Position numbers and translations under genes: made by a program. Of a stretch of 60,000 nt of DNA, positions 12,620 to 24,270 are shown piece by piece (the stretch's first letter is position 1; every line of letters begins with the position of its first letter). Location of the stretch: contig NC_045696.1 in the NCBI RefSeq assembly GCF_009834535.1, positions 75,332,001 through 75,392,000 of the forward strand, read 5' to 3'. The notes under the pieces are model-generated. The model ran no database searches and was not told the origin of the DNA. It worked only from the letters and a program-made list of their open reading frames with translations. Source of the DNA: Camelus ferus. Lineage: Eukaryota.

Positions 12620-12705
12620 AAGCTATTTTAGGAATGTAACAAAAGGCGGCAGCTGCTATTTATAAAACAAGAAGCAGTCTGAAGTCCCCTGTGGGTCACG
12701 TGCCC
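12620..12705. promoter_or_regulatory. Candidate muscle-type enhancer motif cluster
   Basis: MCAT GGAATG 12631-12636, E-box CAGCTG 12650-12655 abutting MEF2 CTATTTATAA 12656-12665, CACGTG near 12697; non-repetitive context. Confidence 0.35.
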
Positions 12706-13399
12706 ATCCATCTTCATTTATGTTTGAAAGAGGTTTTTCCTACAAGCCCGTGTGATTTCCTTTTTTCCTACCACACCACCCACCCTATTCACTACACCAA
12801 TCATTAAGGATTTTCATTTTATTTTTACCTTGGCTTTAATTTTCCATTTGATTTAGATTCCTCGCCTATTCCTTCTTTCTTCTCATAAAAAGCAGAAGAA
12901 AGAGAGGAAAAAAAAACCTCACTAAGCTATGTAAATGTCTTTTTATGAATTGGGCCTCTTGAGATGAGTGCTTCATTACTAAAGGAAAAATGAACCTTCT
13001 GCCCCTGTGATTTGGTAATAGAAACGTGCCATTTTATAAAATCTTAAGCGTTTTTAAAATCATATTAATATATAAACCATTTAATATTATAATCACTAGC
13101 CATTGAAGAACAGAAGACATGGACAATCGCAGTAAGTTACTAAAAGCAATAATAGTTTTATTTTTAGTGCTGATGAATTGAATTTGGGTCAGCTCATAAG
13201 TACACAAAAATGTCCACATATATATATATGTAGGAGTTGTGGTTCAGATGCACACACTGGAGCAATTCTATTAGATTGATGCACAGATTCATAACTTTAG
13301 GACCTCATGAGTAATGAGATTCATTATTTCAAGTCTCTAAAGAATTTCTGAACTTAGCCCCTTGACACTTCTTTCTTACCCCCATCTCACCTCACTTCT

Positions 13400-13800
13400 G
13401 CCAGGGTTGTAATTTTAAAGATAATCACATCTTGTGTTTCCTTAAAAATATCTATTATTTCTCCATTATGTACAGAATGGGGTCCGAAACGCCTAAGTGT
13501 GGCAGAAAAAACTCTTATGCATCACTCCAATATACCTCCTGACCTCATCTCCTGTTCCTTTATTCAACACACATTTTACTCCAGCTGCGACAAACTTCTT
13601 TCTCTTCTTTGAAGACACTGCAGACCCTTCTGTGCCTTTGATCCTCTGAACAACTTCCCAATTCCTGGAAGGCTCCACTTATCCCCATCTCCCCTTGACT
13701 TGCCCTCACACTTGCTTCCATGATGTGATAAATGTGGAAAGGTCTAGTGGAGGGCTTGGTGCAGAGCAAGGGCTCAGTAGACACATGTTCAGTGAATGAA
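13400..13800 (+). mobile_element. L2 LINE 3' fragment
   Basis: ends in agggcttggtgcagagcaagggctcagtagacacatgttcagtgaatgaa, the L2 3' terminus. Confidence 0.65.
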
Positions 13801-14159
13801 CAGACAGCTGCGTTTGCAAATCCAGACAGAGATCTTTGCTTTACGAATGGGTTATGTTATGGATGTTTATAAGTCAATTGAACCCAGCATGACTAGTCCA
13901 TGTGTAATAATGTTTTTATATGAAAATAGACACATTCTTTCCTTCTTTAAAAGCTCCTAGGGGCAGCAGAGGACACTTCTTCCTTAATAATCATCTCAGT
14001 AATTATTCCCCAGAGGCTGCTGCTCCATCAGCCTCGGGGGGCGGGGGGCAGAAACCCTGGGGATGGGACAGGAATGGAAGTTTGGGCAGGAAAGTTGATA
14101 TTCAGGAATGAGGTTCTGGGGAGCAGAGGCCTGGCATGGTAGAGATTCTGATGGAGGTT

Positions 14160-14544
14160 TGTATCTATTTCTCTAGAGCTGCTGTAACAAAGTACCACAG
14201 ACTGGGTGGCTTGAACAATTGTGAGAAATTTATTTTCTTACAATTCTGGAATCTAGAAGCCTGAAATCAAGATGTTGGCAGGGTTTTCTTTTAGGGTCTC
14301 TCTCCTTGGCTGGTCGACAGTCGTCTTCTAAGTGTCTCCACATCTTCCCTCTATATGTGTCTGTGTCCTAATTTCCTCTTATTATAAGGACACCAGTCAG
14401 ATTGGATTAGGGTTCAGCCTAATGACCTCATTTTAATGTAATTACCTCTTTAAAGATCCTGTCTTCAAATACAGTCACATTCTGAGGTGCTGGGGGTTAG
14501 AAATTCAGCATACAAATTTTGAGGACACAATTCAGCCCCTGACA
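14160..14544 (-). mobile_element. MaLR solo LTR (MLT1B/C-like)
   Basis: TG...CA ends; gctgctgtaacaaagtaccacagactgggtggcttgaacaa and ggacacaattcagccc; 5-bp TSD aggtt/aggtg. Confidence 0.9.
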
Positions 14545-15098
14545 AGGTGGTAATGGGGAAAAGCAGTGGGAGAGCAGTGGTTGCTCACCGGAACCCTGGG
14601 AGGGGATTACAGGTTCCTTGCTTGGCATTCCTCACAGTGCCTTACTCCTGGTGGCATTTAATACAGGTTTTGGAATTGAGTGACCATCTCCACTTAGCAG
14701 TAAAGTTAGATTCTGATTATTTCCTTTTAACATGTACATACACTTTCCCTCTGCCTTTTTTTCTTTGGAATTTATGTTGACATTCTCATTTAAATAATTG
14801 CTGAAAATACTGGCTGTGATCAAGGATTGAAGCATTCCCTTATTCACCCTTCCTGTGAATTGAGCAATGGACCATGATTTTTAGGTAGGCTTATTTAACT
14901 AATTTTAAATTACCCTAACTATATTGCCATGCAGGCCACATTTCTCCACAAAGATGTTTTGTTTACATGTTTATTTCATGAAGGGTCTTCACAGAATTTT
15001 CATTTATGTATTTATTGCCAACCTGATTCCTAAGAAAGGACTTTGAAGTGGCTCTTAAGATGTAGACACAGTATGTCTCTGGCTTCATCTTCACTTAC

Positions 15099-15285
15099 CT
15101 CTTTCATGACCTTGCTGCAAATGCAAGTACCATTGATCTGGCTCGTCTGACTTGTTCTCAGTGAACCATGCTGGTGCTTTGTAATTGCCATTCTCTGGTG
15201 TCCACAAGCCACGTTTGTAAGTAACCTTTCTGGAACACTGACATCTACTTCCCTGGTCTGAAGCTCCCCAGCGACACATGGACAT
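15099..15285 (-). other. Candidate antisense exon (187 nt)
   Basis: Minus strand: cttgtctattcatcatag|ATGTCC...GAAAGAG|gtaagt; two reading frames stay open throughout. Confidence 0.3.
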
Positions 15286-16029
15286 CTATGATGAATAGAC
15301 AAGTAGGCTAAAATGTAGAGGTCTACACAGCTGCTCTTTGGGCAGTGGGATTAGCTAGAGTCATACTAGAGGTCCTTAATATGGAATATTGTGCCAGGAC
15401 AGCCACTCTCTAGTTTTTCTTCTGATGGATGATTGCTAGGGGAAGCTCAGCTCTGAGACAGATGACTTATGTGGTCTCAGTCTTGCCACTTATTATTCTC
15501 TTGACATTGTATTACTTGTTTATTTACTCATATATTTGTGTACCCTCACTCTAGAAGACAAACTCCCTGAGGGCAAGAACTGTGCCTGTCTTGTTTGCTG
15601 CTCTGTTGCCATCGGTAAGTTCCTGATATTAAGCAAGTCACTTAGATACTTTAAAGCTAAAATTGCTTATATGTCAAATGATAATACCGATATTTGTTCT
15701 GCCTAACCTCAAGGTCACTGAGAACATCTAATGAGAGGTAAAGGCAATTTATAAACTGTAAAGTGGCCTATAAAGATAAGGTAAGCAGCTATAAGTGTGC
15801 GGTTTTGAGTGACAGGAAACAAAAGAAGGAGACATATATAATAAAGAGCTTTAATGTCACATAAAGCATTCAGACTTGATGAAGTACAAATGAAACCTTT
15901 AAATGAATCAGTTCTCTTCCTGGGTTGCCAACTCACAACTCAGCTTTTTTTTTAAACAAATGTTAAATTTGATTAGAGAAATCTAAAATAGCTATAACTA
16001 TTTGAAAGCACAAATTGTTGAATTTTGCA

Positions 16030-16330
16030 GGTGGCACATGAACCCGTCTTCCCTTATGAATAAACTCTTTCAAAGGTGGGACTTCCCTCTCAAATGAATC
16101 CTTTCTATGAGAAATGCCCTTTGGTGAAACCTGAAAGGTCGCTTTGAATTCATTGAAGCTCTTTGTTTAAATAATCATATGAAAAGATCCCTCTTCAACT
16201 CCTCTGTCAGCAAACAAATGCCACAAAGCAGAATGAATTTTACACCTTTTGGGAGTCCATTAATTTACTTTCAGTGGCATTAAGTAATGAGCACTCTTAC
16301 GGCAAGGTCATAGTTGCACTTTATATCGAA
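16030..16330. promoter_or_regulatory. Candidate enhancer-like unique segment
   Basis: TCF/LEF-type TTCAAAG 16069 and CTTTGAA 16142; kB-consensus GGGACTTCCC 16078-16087; CAAGGTCA near 16303. Confidence 0.25.
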
Positions 16331-17489
16331 CAACAGTCCTTTCTCATATATGATACATAAAGCACATTTCTTGCTCAGGGCAGAATGTTTTATTAAAATT
16401 ATTTCCTTTGTTCTTTTGTATAGATTGTCCTTTGTAACAATAGAGATTGTCTGCATGACATATCTCTTTAGGACAGCCATTGTATAATTATACTAATAGA
16501 GCTTAATCTAATGCTACATTAATTTTCTTCCATTATTTTCTCCAAGAAGGATGCCACTATTGTTTACATGACAGTGCAATTTCTTTCTTTCTTTTTTTTC
16601 CTTTTAACTGTGGGAGATTTATATTAAGAGGAATAGAGGACATAAATTTCAGGGCATGAGGAGTCCTTTGTCGATCCTCTGGGTACAGAGGATCCTTGAT
16701 AGTTACAGAGCAAACAGACCAATCTTTGTATCCGATCTCCCCACCCCACTACAATCATTCTATTAATCAGCCGTTCTTGATGAAACAGAATAACATATCC
16801 TGTAGCAAACAGGAGTGTATGGGCATGTTGCCTGACATTGGAACCATCCCCTCTGTCACTTGGACTTGAGTTTTTACAGCCATTCACTCAGACTAGTGTA
16901 AAAACCTCTCAATCAGTCTCTTTCTTTGTCTCTGCTCACTCTAATCCACCTTCCCCTCTGTTGCCTGAGATATCTTCCTAAAATGCCAATCTGACCTTGT
17001 CATCCATTCTCTACTCCCATTAAAGTTCCCCAGCTCCTCAGTATGGCATAGAGAGCTCTCCATATCCTGTCTCTAGAGTGGCTTTCCACACTTGACCCTC
17101 CTCCCCCATTGCTAACATTCCAGACGCCCACAGGGAAAGCCCAAATGCACTTTCTTTCTGGAAGTCCTGCGTTGACACGTAAAGTGTACAAAGTGAGGTA
17201 ATAGTATTGTCTTCTGATGCACTGATGCCACGTTTGGTATCAGCTGGGTCTCTACAGAGCAGTTATGTTAAATTCAATCTTTCTAATAATATAAATGGCT
17301 TAAGGAGTAAAAAATAATCTCCCTTTAATTTGTACTTTTTGAAATGTTCAATGAGGTTCATGGTAGCTCTAAGTCAGAAAAATCATTTGGAGGTAAGATT
17401 AGTAATGTCTTCATGTTTTAGGAGGAGGTGGCTTAGGAATTTATAAAGAAATTGACATCATCTAGAAAATATTAGGGGGGATTTTCCTG

Positions 17490-18150
17490 AAGGCGAGTAC
17501 GGTGGGATTAAGAGCATGGGACTTGAATTCACATTGTCTTGGGTTCACACAGGGACACTCATTTATATGCTGGGAAGTTAGCCTATTACATTAATGACTC
17601 TCAGGAAATCATGCCTCTTGTGTGTGCATACCCTTGTTGAGTTCCATCCCATATTGACCCTAGGCTTGGGACATCAGCAATGTGACACAAACAGAGGTTT
17701 GAAGACAGCTTATTCATTGAGGCTTTCTTTTTGTGGCTGCTTACTGGGAACCCTTTTACAACCAAGTGAAGAAATCTAGGCTAGCCTCCATGAAGATGAG
17801 ACACCACACAGACCACGTGGAGAGAGAAGCCCTGCTGTCCCAGCCCTTCTAGATATGTATGAGCCCAGCCATCACTACATGGAGCAGAGATGAACCATTG
17901 GAGCAGAGATGAACCATCCCAGCTGAGCCCAGGCCATATTGCTGACCCGAAGAATTGGGAACAAATAAATATTATTATTTTTAAACCACTATGTTTGCGA
18001 TACACTAGAAGGCCAGGTTACTTTTCTTAGACCCATTTTATCATTTCTAAATAAGGCTAATTTTAGTAGCTTAGGGTTGTTGTGAAGACTCAAAGAAATA
18101 ATCCATTTAGAGATCTTAGCATAATAAGTGATCAATAAATCTTAGTTCTT
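17490..18150 (+). mobile_element. MIR SINE split by an older MaLR LTR (MLT1F/G/H-like, about 17570-18010)
   Basis: MIR head ggattaagagcatgggacttgaattc...; LTR motifs ggagcagagatgaaccatcccagctgagcccagg and tttaaaccactatgtttg; MIR tail tagggttgttgtgaagactcaaa. Confidence 0.8.
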
Positions 18151-18899
18151 ATGACAACATTATATTTTGCGTCAGTAACTATTATAGTGATTAAAAGGTC
18201 ACTAAAATTTGGAGTGAAATAATACAGTTTTCATATTTCTTATTTGATAACATTTCTCTGAGATACTATTATCCACTTTTAATATGTGAGCAAATAGAAA
18301 TTAAATGATATGATTGACAAGCGAGTGTTTTCCAAGTTTAGCCTCTTTGTATTATGTAATAGATGATAAAGCTCTGATTACAGTTTTTAGTAAAACACCA
18401 AGAAAAAGGTAAAGGACTTTATGGAGTGCATTTTGTATATGGCCTTCGTCCTTGGGCATATTGTATAGCCCTCAACAATGTGCATCATGGCTTATTTCAT
18501 TTTCTGTCTTGTATTTTATGTGTATCTCTAAGTTACCTCAAATTCTTTTAAAAAATTCTGAAGAAGCATTAGAAAGATAGAATCAATAGAAAAATGCACA
18601 GAATACTACCTAAGTAAAGAGATGGCCCTTTGAAGAGTTTACGATGTTAGATAAAGCTGAGTAAAGGAAAGTATGTGAAGGGAATAGTTTGGCAAAAGAT
18701 AGTCTGTTTTTAGGATTATCTGTGAGAGTAGAAAATTATTTCTGTGACTATGTAATACTCTCAGTCCTTCAGAATAAAAACCTCTGTGCTCATAATCATG
18801 AAAACAATATTTATTCAAATTCAGAGTTAGTGCCTCTGAACTATTCTGTGTGACCATTTCTAAGAAGAGTTTCAGTAGCAATTATTTAATTTCTAGCTA

Positions 18900-19072
18900 A
18901 ATCTCAATGCTGTCTGTAACCTTCTTGGTTTATTTAATTTCTCTGAACTTTTGTTTCCTCATCTGTAAAATCGGATAATAGCAGCTACTTTGGATTTTAG
19001 AGGATTTTAGATCAAGTATGTTTTCCACCTGGAGCAGTGCTTGGATTATAGGAGGTGCTCAATGAGTTGAAG
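18900..19072 (+). mobile_element. MIR SINE
   Basis: tctctgaacttttgtttcctcatctgtaaaatcggataatagcagctac...ggaggtgctcaatga. Confidence 0.8.
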
Positions 19073-19082
19073 ACATATAGAA

Positions 19083-19612
19083 CAGAGCTTCTCAAACATT
19101 AATATACATGTGAATGACCTGGGGGTCTTCTAAAAATTCAGATTCTGATCCAATAGATTTGAGGTGAAGTCTAAGATTCTGCTTTTTTTCTTTTTTTAAA
19201 ATTTTGCTAATTTTATTGATTTTATAAAATTGATTTGTGCTCACTGATAAAATTAAAAACTACTGAAACATTTTTAAAAAGTTGAAAAAAATCAGAAATA
19301 ATCACTGTTAACATTTGGGTAAACATCCTTCATACAAACATAAGGACATCTATCTCTTCTTATATACACATACATTCACATTTCAATTTTACATACTATA
19401 TATGCTACTTTGTAAGCTTCAAATCTCACTTGTTGTGACAACTTTCTAAGCAAATAAAAATCATCATTGTTAATGGCTGCATTGTATTCCAGTGCCATAT
19501 GTAGTTACTGTAACTTTATCAGTCCCTTTGAAACAAATTAATTTTTTTCTAGTTTTTCACTGTCTTACAGAATTCTGAGATTCTGCTTTTTCAACAAGCT
19601 CCCACATGATGT
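19083..19612. mobile_element. MER5A-like element split by an antisense old L1 (L1ME-like) 3' fragment at 19188-19574
   Basis: MER5A cagagcttctcaaac...gattctgatccaatagatttgagg resumes as aacaagctccc; insert begins with a T-tract and is flanked by ctaagattctgcttttt / ctgagattctgcttttt. Confidence 0.75.
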
Positions 19613-19627
19613 TCTCCCAACAGAGAA

Positions 19628-19874
19628 CAGGGGTCAGCAAATTATGGCCCACAGGCCAAATCCAGGCAGTTGCCTATTCTTGTAAACCCAGTTTTACTGG
19701 AGCACAGCCATGCTTATCTGTCTGTGTCTTGTCTGTCTTTTCTGTGCCTTGTCGGTGTCTTATCGGTGTCTGCTGCTCACTACAGAGCAGAGCGGTTGCA
19801 ACAGGGGCTGTAGAGCCCACAAAGCTCAGAATATTTCATGTCTGGCTCTTTACAGAAAAAATCACTCAGCCCCA
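19628..19874 (+). mobile_element. MER58A hAT-Charlie DNA transposon
   Basis: caggggtcagcaaattatggcccacaggccaaatcc...cccacaaagctcagaatatttcatgtctggctctttacagaaaaa. Confidence 0.9.
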
Positions 19875-20089
19875 ATACAGAGCTCTGTACGTTTATAGCC
19901 CCTGTAGGGGCAATGCGAGGCTGTTAAGGGGAGATGGGAGGATCTGTCTGAGGAATCAGGTTATTATGATGGATCTCACCAGGACCTCAGCAGAGGGAGT
20001 GCAAGAGGCTGGGAATGGGTTTGACTTCATCTGCGAGTGTCAGGCACTGTGTGTAGGATGCAACAGGGCCTGGTGAAAACTGAGCAGGC

Positions 20090-20254
20090 TTAGAGTCTTG
20101 GCCCTGCCAGTTACTGCCTCTGTGACCCCGAGCAAGTCATTTTAACTTCTCTGAGCCTCAGTTTGCTCAAGTGTAAAATGAGATTCATCAAACCAGCTCG
20201 TGAGTTATATTAGAAAATTAGTGATTATACATGAAAGATACTGAACACTTAACC
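20090..20254 (+). mobile_element. MIR SINE
   Basis: tgtgaccccgagcaagtcattttaacttctctgagcctcagtttgctcaagtgtaaaatgag. Confidence 0.85.
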
Positions 20255-20598
20255 TGTTACAGGTATGGTCCATGTATCCCCTCTTCAGATTCCTATGTTG
20301 AAACCTAATTCCTGAAGTGATGATATCAGGAGGTGGGATATTTGGGAGGTGATTAGGTCATAAGGGCTCAGCCCTTTTGACTGGGGTTAATGCACTTATA
20401 AAAGAGGCTGCAGAGAGCTCCCCAGACCCTTCTGCCATGTGAGGACACAGCGAGAAGTCTGCAAGCCAGAAGACAGCCCTCACTTGACCGTGTTGGTATC
20501 CTGATCTTGGACTTCCAACTTCTAGAACTGTGAGAAGAAATAACTGTTGTGTATAAGCCACTCAGTCTGTCTTACAGCAGCCCAAATGGACTAAGAAA
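20255..20598 (+). mobile_element. MaLR solo LTR (MLT1A/A0-like)
   Basis: gattcctatgttgaaacctaa...tttgggaggtgattaggtcat...gccatgtgaggacacagcgagaag...gatcttggacttccaacttctagaactgtgaga...cagcagcccaaatggactaaga. Confidence 0.9.
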
Positions 20599-20949
20599 TT
20601 ATTAGTACTGCATTAATCAAAAAGAGAGAGTTTTCTCATTTGTGAGTGACATGGCTGCTAGAATTTATAAGCTTTTATGGTGCTCAGAGTCAAGCGGGTA
20701 GCTGTTTCCTGGTTCCACACTGTCATTCTTGGGAAAGGGTCCTGGTGAGAGCTTGGTCTCAGCCAGGTGCACTAGGCTTCATGTCAGAGCTCCAGTCATG
20801 ATGGTAGAAGTTCAGCACCCAAGACAGAAGACTCATCACAGTGATGGGCAACTTTTGTTATAATAAGAATAATGTTGATTTTATTGAGTGCCCACTATAG
20901 TCAGTTGCTTTACTAAGCATTTTGCGTGCACTATTATTATTATTTTCCT

Positions 20950-23900
20950 ATTTGCCCTCAGTTTTATTGAGAAATAATTGACATACATTATTGTATATGT
21001 TTAGGGCATAAACCATGATGGTTTAATTTATGTATATTGTGAAAGGATTACCACAATAGTTTCAGCTAACATCCATATTCTCATATAGATACAATGAAAA
21101 GGAGGGGGAAAAAAGAAAAAAATTCTCCTTGTGATGGGAACTCTTAGGATTTACTCTCTTAACAACTTTCCTATCTACCATACATTAGTGTTAGTTACAG
21201 TCATCATGTTGTACATTACATCCCTAGTACTTATTTATCTTATAACTGGTAGTTTGTGCCTTTGGCCACCTTTCTCCAGTTTCTCCTTCCCCAACCCTCT
21301 GGCTCTGGTAACCACAAGTCTGATCCCTTTTCTTTGAGTTTGGGGTTTTTGTTTTATTTTTGTTTTATAGATTTCCCATATAAGTGAGATCATACAGTAT
21401 TTGTCTTTCTCTGTCTGACATTTCACTTAGTATAATGCCTTCAAGGTCCATCAGTGTTATTACAAATGGTAAGATTTCCTTGTCTTTTATGACTGAATGG
21501 TATTCAGTTGTATACATATATAATACAACTTCTTTATCCACTCATCCATTGATGGATACTTAAGTTCTTTCCATGTCTTGGATATTGTAAATAATGCTGC
21601 TGTGAACACAGGGGTGCAGAAATCTCTTCAAGTTAATGTTGTTTCCTTTGGATATATTCTCAGAAGTGGAATTGCTGTATCATATGGTAGCTCTATTTCT
21701 AATTTTTTGAGGATCCTCCATGCTGTATTCCATAGTGCTGCACCAATTTACAACCCCACTAACAGTGCAAAGGGTTTCCTTTTCTTCACATCCACACCAG
21801 CATTGCCTTTTTGATAAAAGACATTCTAACAGGTATGAGATGATATCTCATCATGGTTTTAATTTGTGTTTCCCTAACGAGTAGTGATGCTGAGCATCTT
21901 TTCATGTACTTGTTGGCCTTTCATATATCGTCTCTGTAGAAATGTCTATTCAGATCCTTTGCCCATTTTAAAAATTGAGTTATTTGGGTTTTTTTTGTTT
22001 TTGTTTTTGTTTGCTATTGAATTGAATGAGTTTGTTGTGTATTTTAGATATTAACCCCTTATCAGATACATGATTTGCAAATATTTTTTCCCATTCTGTG
22101 GGTTGTCTTTTCATTTTGTTGTTGGTTTCTTCTGTTGTGAAGAAGCTGTTTAGTTTGATGTAGTACCACTTGTTTATTTTCGATTTTGTTGTTCGTGTGT
22201 TAGTTGTCATAATCAAAAAATCATTACCAAGACATGTCATAGCTTTATTCCTGTATTTTCTTCTAGGAGTTTCATGGTTTCAGGTCCTACATTTAAGTCT
22301 TGAATCCATTTTGAGTTAATTTTTGTGAGTAGTGTAAGATACCAGTTTCATTTTTTTTATATGTGAATATCCATTTATCCCAGCACCATTTATTGAAAAG
22401 AGTATCTTTTCTCCATTGAGTACTCTTGGCTCTTGTGTCAAATATTAGTTGATTGTATATGTTTGGCCGTTTTTATTTCTGGGCTCTTGATTCTGGTCCG
22501 TTGTTCTATTTATCTGTTTTTATGTCAGTACCATACTGTTCTGATGACTATAGTTTTATAGTATAGCTTGAAACCAGTAAGTGTGATGTCTTCTGCTTTT
22601 TCCTCTTTCTTAGGATTTCTTTGACTATTTGGAGTCATATGGTTAGGGCTGGGTACTATATTCAGTAGTAGGTAAGGTATGAATTAGCTTCCATGCCCTG
22701 CTAGGGCAGCAGGACAGGACCCCCAGGACATGTACAGCTCATTGTGTGGAGAACCAACTTGGGTCAGAGTATGCACTGAATTCTCTGGTCAGGTGAGGCC
22801 ACTTGTTTTGCTCTCAGATGGGGGAAGCCATAGGCTGTTCTCTGTTCGAATGCTACTCTATGTAGGGCTGTTGAATGGGCTCCACAGTTTCCTTTGTGCT
22901 CCAGTTAGGCTCCCTGGTCAGACAGGCTGAAGGCTGTATTCATCAATAAGTAGGGCTACAAATTCCCTGCCTGGGCACACTGTGGGAATCAGTTCTAAAG
23001 CCTGTAAAGCTCTTTGTTGTCTTAACTTAAGCTGACCCACACCCCAAGTTCCCTGGCCGACAGGGCCACTGGCTTTGCTTTGCCTGCCTTTCTCTAGGCT
23101 CGAGAACCACTGGGCTGCACAGCTTCCAGGAGTTGTTGCCAGGCCTTCTGTTCAGATGGGGCCTGAAGACATTCTTCACAGTTGCAGGGCTGTGTCTCAG
23201 CTTCCCTACCAGGACAGATAGGCGAGGGGCTGCTCTAGGCTACTCTCAATTTCTAATAGGCTCCCTGGTTGGGAGACCTTCTGGGAGCTACCTTAAGCCT
23301 TGGCTTTGAATTAATCCTGTGCATAGCATGTGAACCTTCCACGCTTGGCACTGGCTTTACTCTGGGGGCAGTCAGCTCTGCCTGCCCACCTGTTGGCTGG
23401 AGCACCACTGGGCCACTCAGCTTCCAGCAGTTTCCACCAGCCCTTCTGGTCAGATGAGGCCAGAGACACTCTCCAAATTGGGTAGGGCTGTGTTCAGCTC
23501 CTTTGCCTGGGCATGGGCACACCAGGCTCTAGGGCTGGAAAAACTTATTTGAGGATCTGAATCAGGCAGATCTGCATCCCACCAAGATCCCCAGTCAGAG
23601 TGCCCCTGATTTGGTTCTGCCGATGAGCAAAGTTGCCGGTTGGGATTATTACTGGGGCACTGCAGGTCTGAACTCAGTCTTGGAAGATCTATGTGCTGGT
23701 TTTTGCAAGTCCCTCCCCACTTCTCAGTCACAGGCAGATTCCCAGAGGTTGAGCCTAAAGATTCCCCTACAATCCCTATGGTGTGAAATCAGAATAGGGG
23801 CTCCCACAAAGTGACCTCAGTGCTGGCTGTCCCCCGTTGGGAGGAACTAGAATCTCAGGTGAGCTCTCTCCCAGTGGTGCTATGCTGGCCTGAGGGAGGG

Positions 23901-24097
23901 GCAATGCAGTCAAGGTGTAGCCACTTCTCTTACCCTTCTAATGCAGTCTGTCTTGGTTTCTTTGGTGCAGTGGGGTGCTTCACCCTCACCCCTGTGTTCT
24001 AGGATTCTCTCAGTGGTGTCTTGTTCTTGAATAGTTTTTGATTATTCTTCTTGTGAGGGGGAGCTAATGACCTACTTTGTTATCTTGGTGACATCAC
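20950..24097 (-). mobile_element. L1 (L1MA9-like) with 3' UTR and 3' ORF2 (about 20950-22640) fused directly to the 5' UTR (about 22640-24097); inserted in a MIR
   Basis: ORF2 remnants (KINKWYYIKLNSFFT..MKRQPTEWEKIFANHVSDKGLISKI; QTEKDKYCMISLI); 5' end reads gtgatgtcaccaagat on -; no ORF1 or EN/RT between; MIR sequence on both flanks. Confidence 0.9.
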
Positions 24098-24099
24098 TA

Positions 24100-24270
24100 C
24101 GTTATTTTATTTAATCTTCTCTACATACTCTGCAAATGTAGGTACTATTTTCTTCACTTAAGAATGGAGAAAATTGAAGTTCAGTACAATTAAGTAATTA
24201 ATTCAAGGTCAGCCATGTAATAAGTGGCAGAACTAGATTAAGACTCAAAACTCTCCAGTTTGGAACCTAT
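24100..24270 (-). mobile_element. MIR SINE (continuation of the fragment at about 20860-20940)
   Basis: atttaatcttctc...gtaggtactattttcttcacttaagaatggagaaaattgaag...caaggtcagccatgtaataagtggcagaactag. Confidence 0.8.

Noticed and set aside
17880..17917. Short tandem duplications (tggagcagagatgaaccat x2; also 11547-11574 and 32768-32793)
   Set aside because: Two-copy slippage duplications without spacers; not CRISPR-like or otherwise notable.
19606..20076. 156-aa ORF
   Set aside because: Runs through MER58A and an internal simple repeat; chance ORF.
21980..22240. ORF with clear protein similarity (KRQPTEWEKIFAN)
   Set aside because: Decayed L1 ORF2 fragment, not a host gene.
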